Source: a virus
Lineage: Duplodnaviria > Heunggongvirae > Uroviricota > Caudoviricetes
Virus record (IMG/VR): IMGVR_UViG_2565956720_000017
Length of the DNA stretch: 18,278 nucleotides
Direction: 5' to 3' (one strand)
The position numbers and the translations under genes were made by a program. Every line of letters begins with the position of its first letter. Position 1 is the stretch's first letter. This document shows positions 17,677-18,278 of this stretch, in pieces. The notes beneath the pieces are model-generated. The model ran no database searches. It saw only the letters and a list, made by a program, of their open reading frames with translations, and had not been told where the DNA came from.

Positions 17677-17829
17677 GCGGGTTATTTTGGGGCGTTTGCG
17701 GGTTATTTGGGATGTTTTGCGGGTTATGCGATGCTTGAATAATGAACAGTGCATTTTTCAACATATTGATACTAAAGAACAAAAAATAGTTAGCACGCTA
17801 AGATAACCCGGTAACCCGCATAACCCGCA
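17677..17829. repeat. second iteron cluster (cis replication region-like), mirror image of the first
   Basis: Three GCGGGTTAT copies at 17677, 17698 and 17719 (exact 21-bp phasing), then an AT-rich spacer, then ATAACCCGG / TAACCCGCA / TAACCCGCA at 17803-17829 in the opposite orientation. A (TA)n run follows at about 17839-17850. Confidence 0.7.
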
Positions 17830-18278
17830 CTGTTTTGTATATATATATACGAAAAATTGCATTCAGGAGGGGGGATCGAAATCCCTACAACCCATTGCTT
17901 ATGGGACCGCCGCCTCGTCAAATTTTTACACCCGCGAAATAAAAAATACTTCACGCTGGTGGGCATGATGCTGATATGAGAGGCTTCCATAACGCCACCA
18001 TTCGAAACTATGCAAATCTGCATAGAAAAGGGGATGCCTGATACAATACCCTCGCCCGATAAAATCACACCGATAAACTCATCTGCCACGAGTAGAAAGA
18101 GCGAACGAACCCGATACGCAGTAATGCTGGTCGGGTCCAGCTTTTTAAGGCGGCTGTAGATATCAGGCCATCCGTGATCATCCACCAGCGTAATTGCTGA
18201 ACGCTTTAAAAAAACGTGTACATAAGGGTGTACATAATCAAAAACCGCATTAGAAAGAAACCAGATACAATGCGGCAT

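Noticed and set aside
17545-17742. 65-aa plus-strand ORF ending in FAGYFGAFAGYLGCFAGY
   Set aside because: Its C-terminus is simply the translation of the 21-bp phased GCGGGTTAT iterons. It is a repeat artefact, not a gene.
17865-17925. tRNA-like 3' end or att site around GGGATCGAAATCCC
   Set aside because: It is only a 5-bp hairpin with a 4-nt loop. There is no T-loop consensus, acceptor stem or CCA context that I could fold into a tRNA.
17790-18278. 162-aa minus-strand ORF at the right edge
   Set aside because: It reads straight through the TAACCCGCA iterons and the TA-repeat tract, and its start coincides with the last three bases of the window. I cannot support it as a gene; a real gene may extend in from outside the window.

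Overview
This window reads as the interior of an integrative, satellite-like mobile element of the enterobacterial AlpA/primase type (P4-, CP4-57- or PICI-like); no integrase or att site is visible, so both boundaries are unresolved. From left to right it holds: a possibly edge-truncated hypothetical gene; an AT-rich control region; alpA; a Rha / T5orf172 / BRO-N antirepressor-like cluster, with the BRO-N gene broken at a G7 tract; a divergent promoter with three copies of a GTGTAAGACA operator and a small minus-strand regulator operon; and a replication operon (two small ORFs, a DUF927-like primase/helicase, an iteron array, an SSB-like gene, a ProQ/FinO gene and an unknown gene) ending at a clear terminator. 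The second half is a translationally coupled operon of three giant proteins (843, 686 and about 918 aa) plus a small two-helix membrane protein, closed by a strong terminator and followed by a second, mirror-image iteron cluster. The giant-protein operon is the best candidate for an undescribed system: none of the three proteins has a motif I can assign to a known family, the middle one carries an AT-rich inserted module with an HExxHxxxxH zincin-like signature, and no capsid, portal, terminase or tail genes accompany them. All functional calls rest on motif recognition by eye and on the supplied ORF track; no database search was run.
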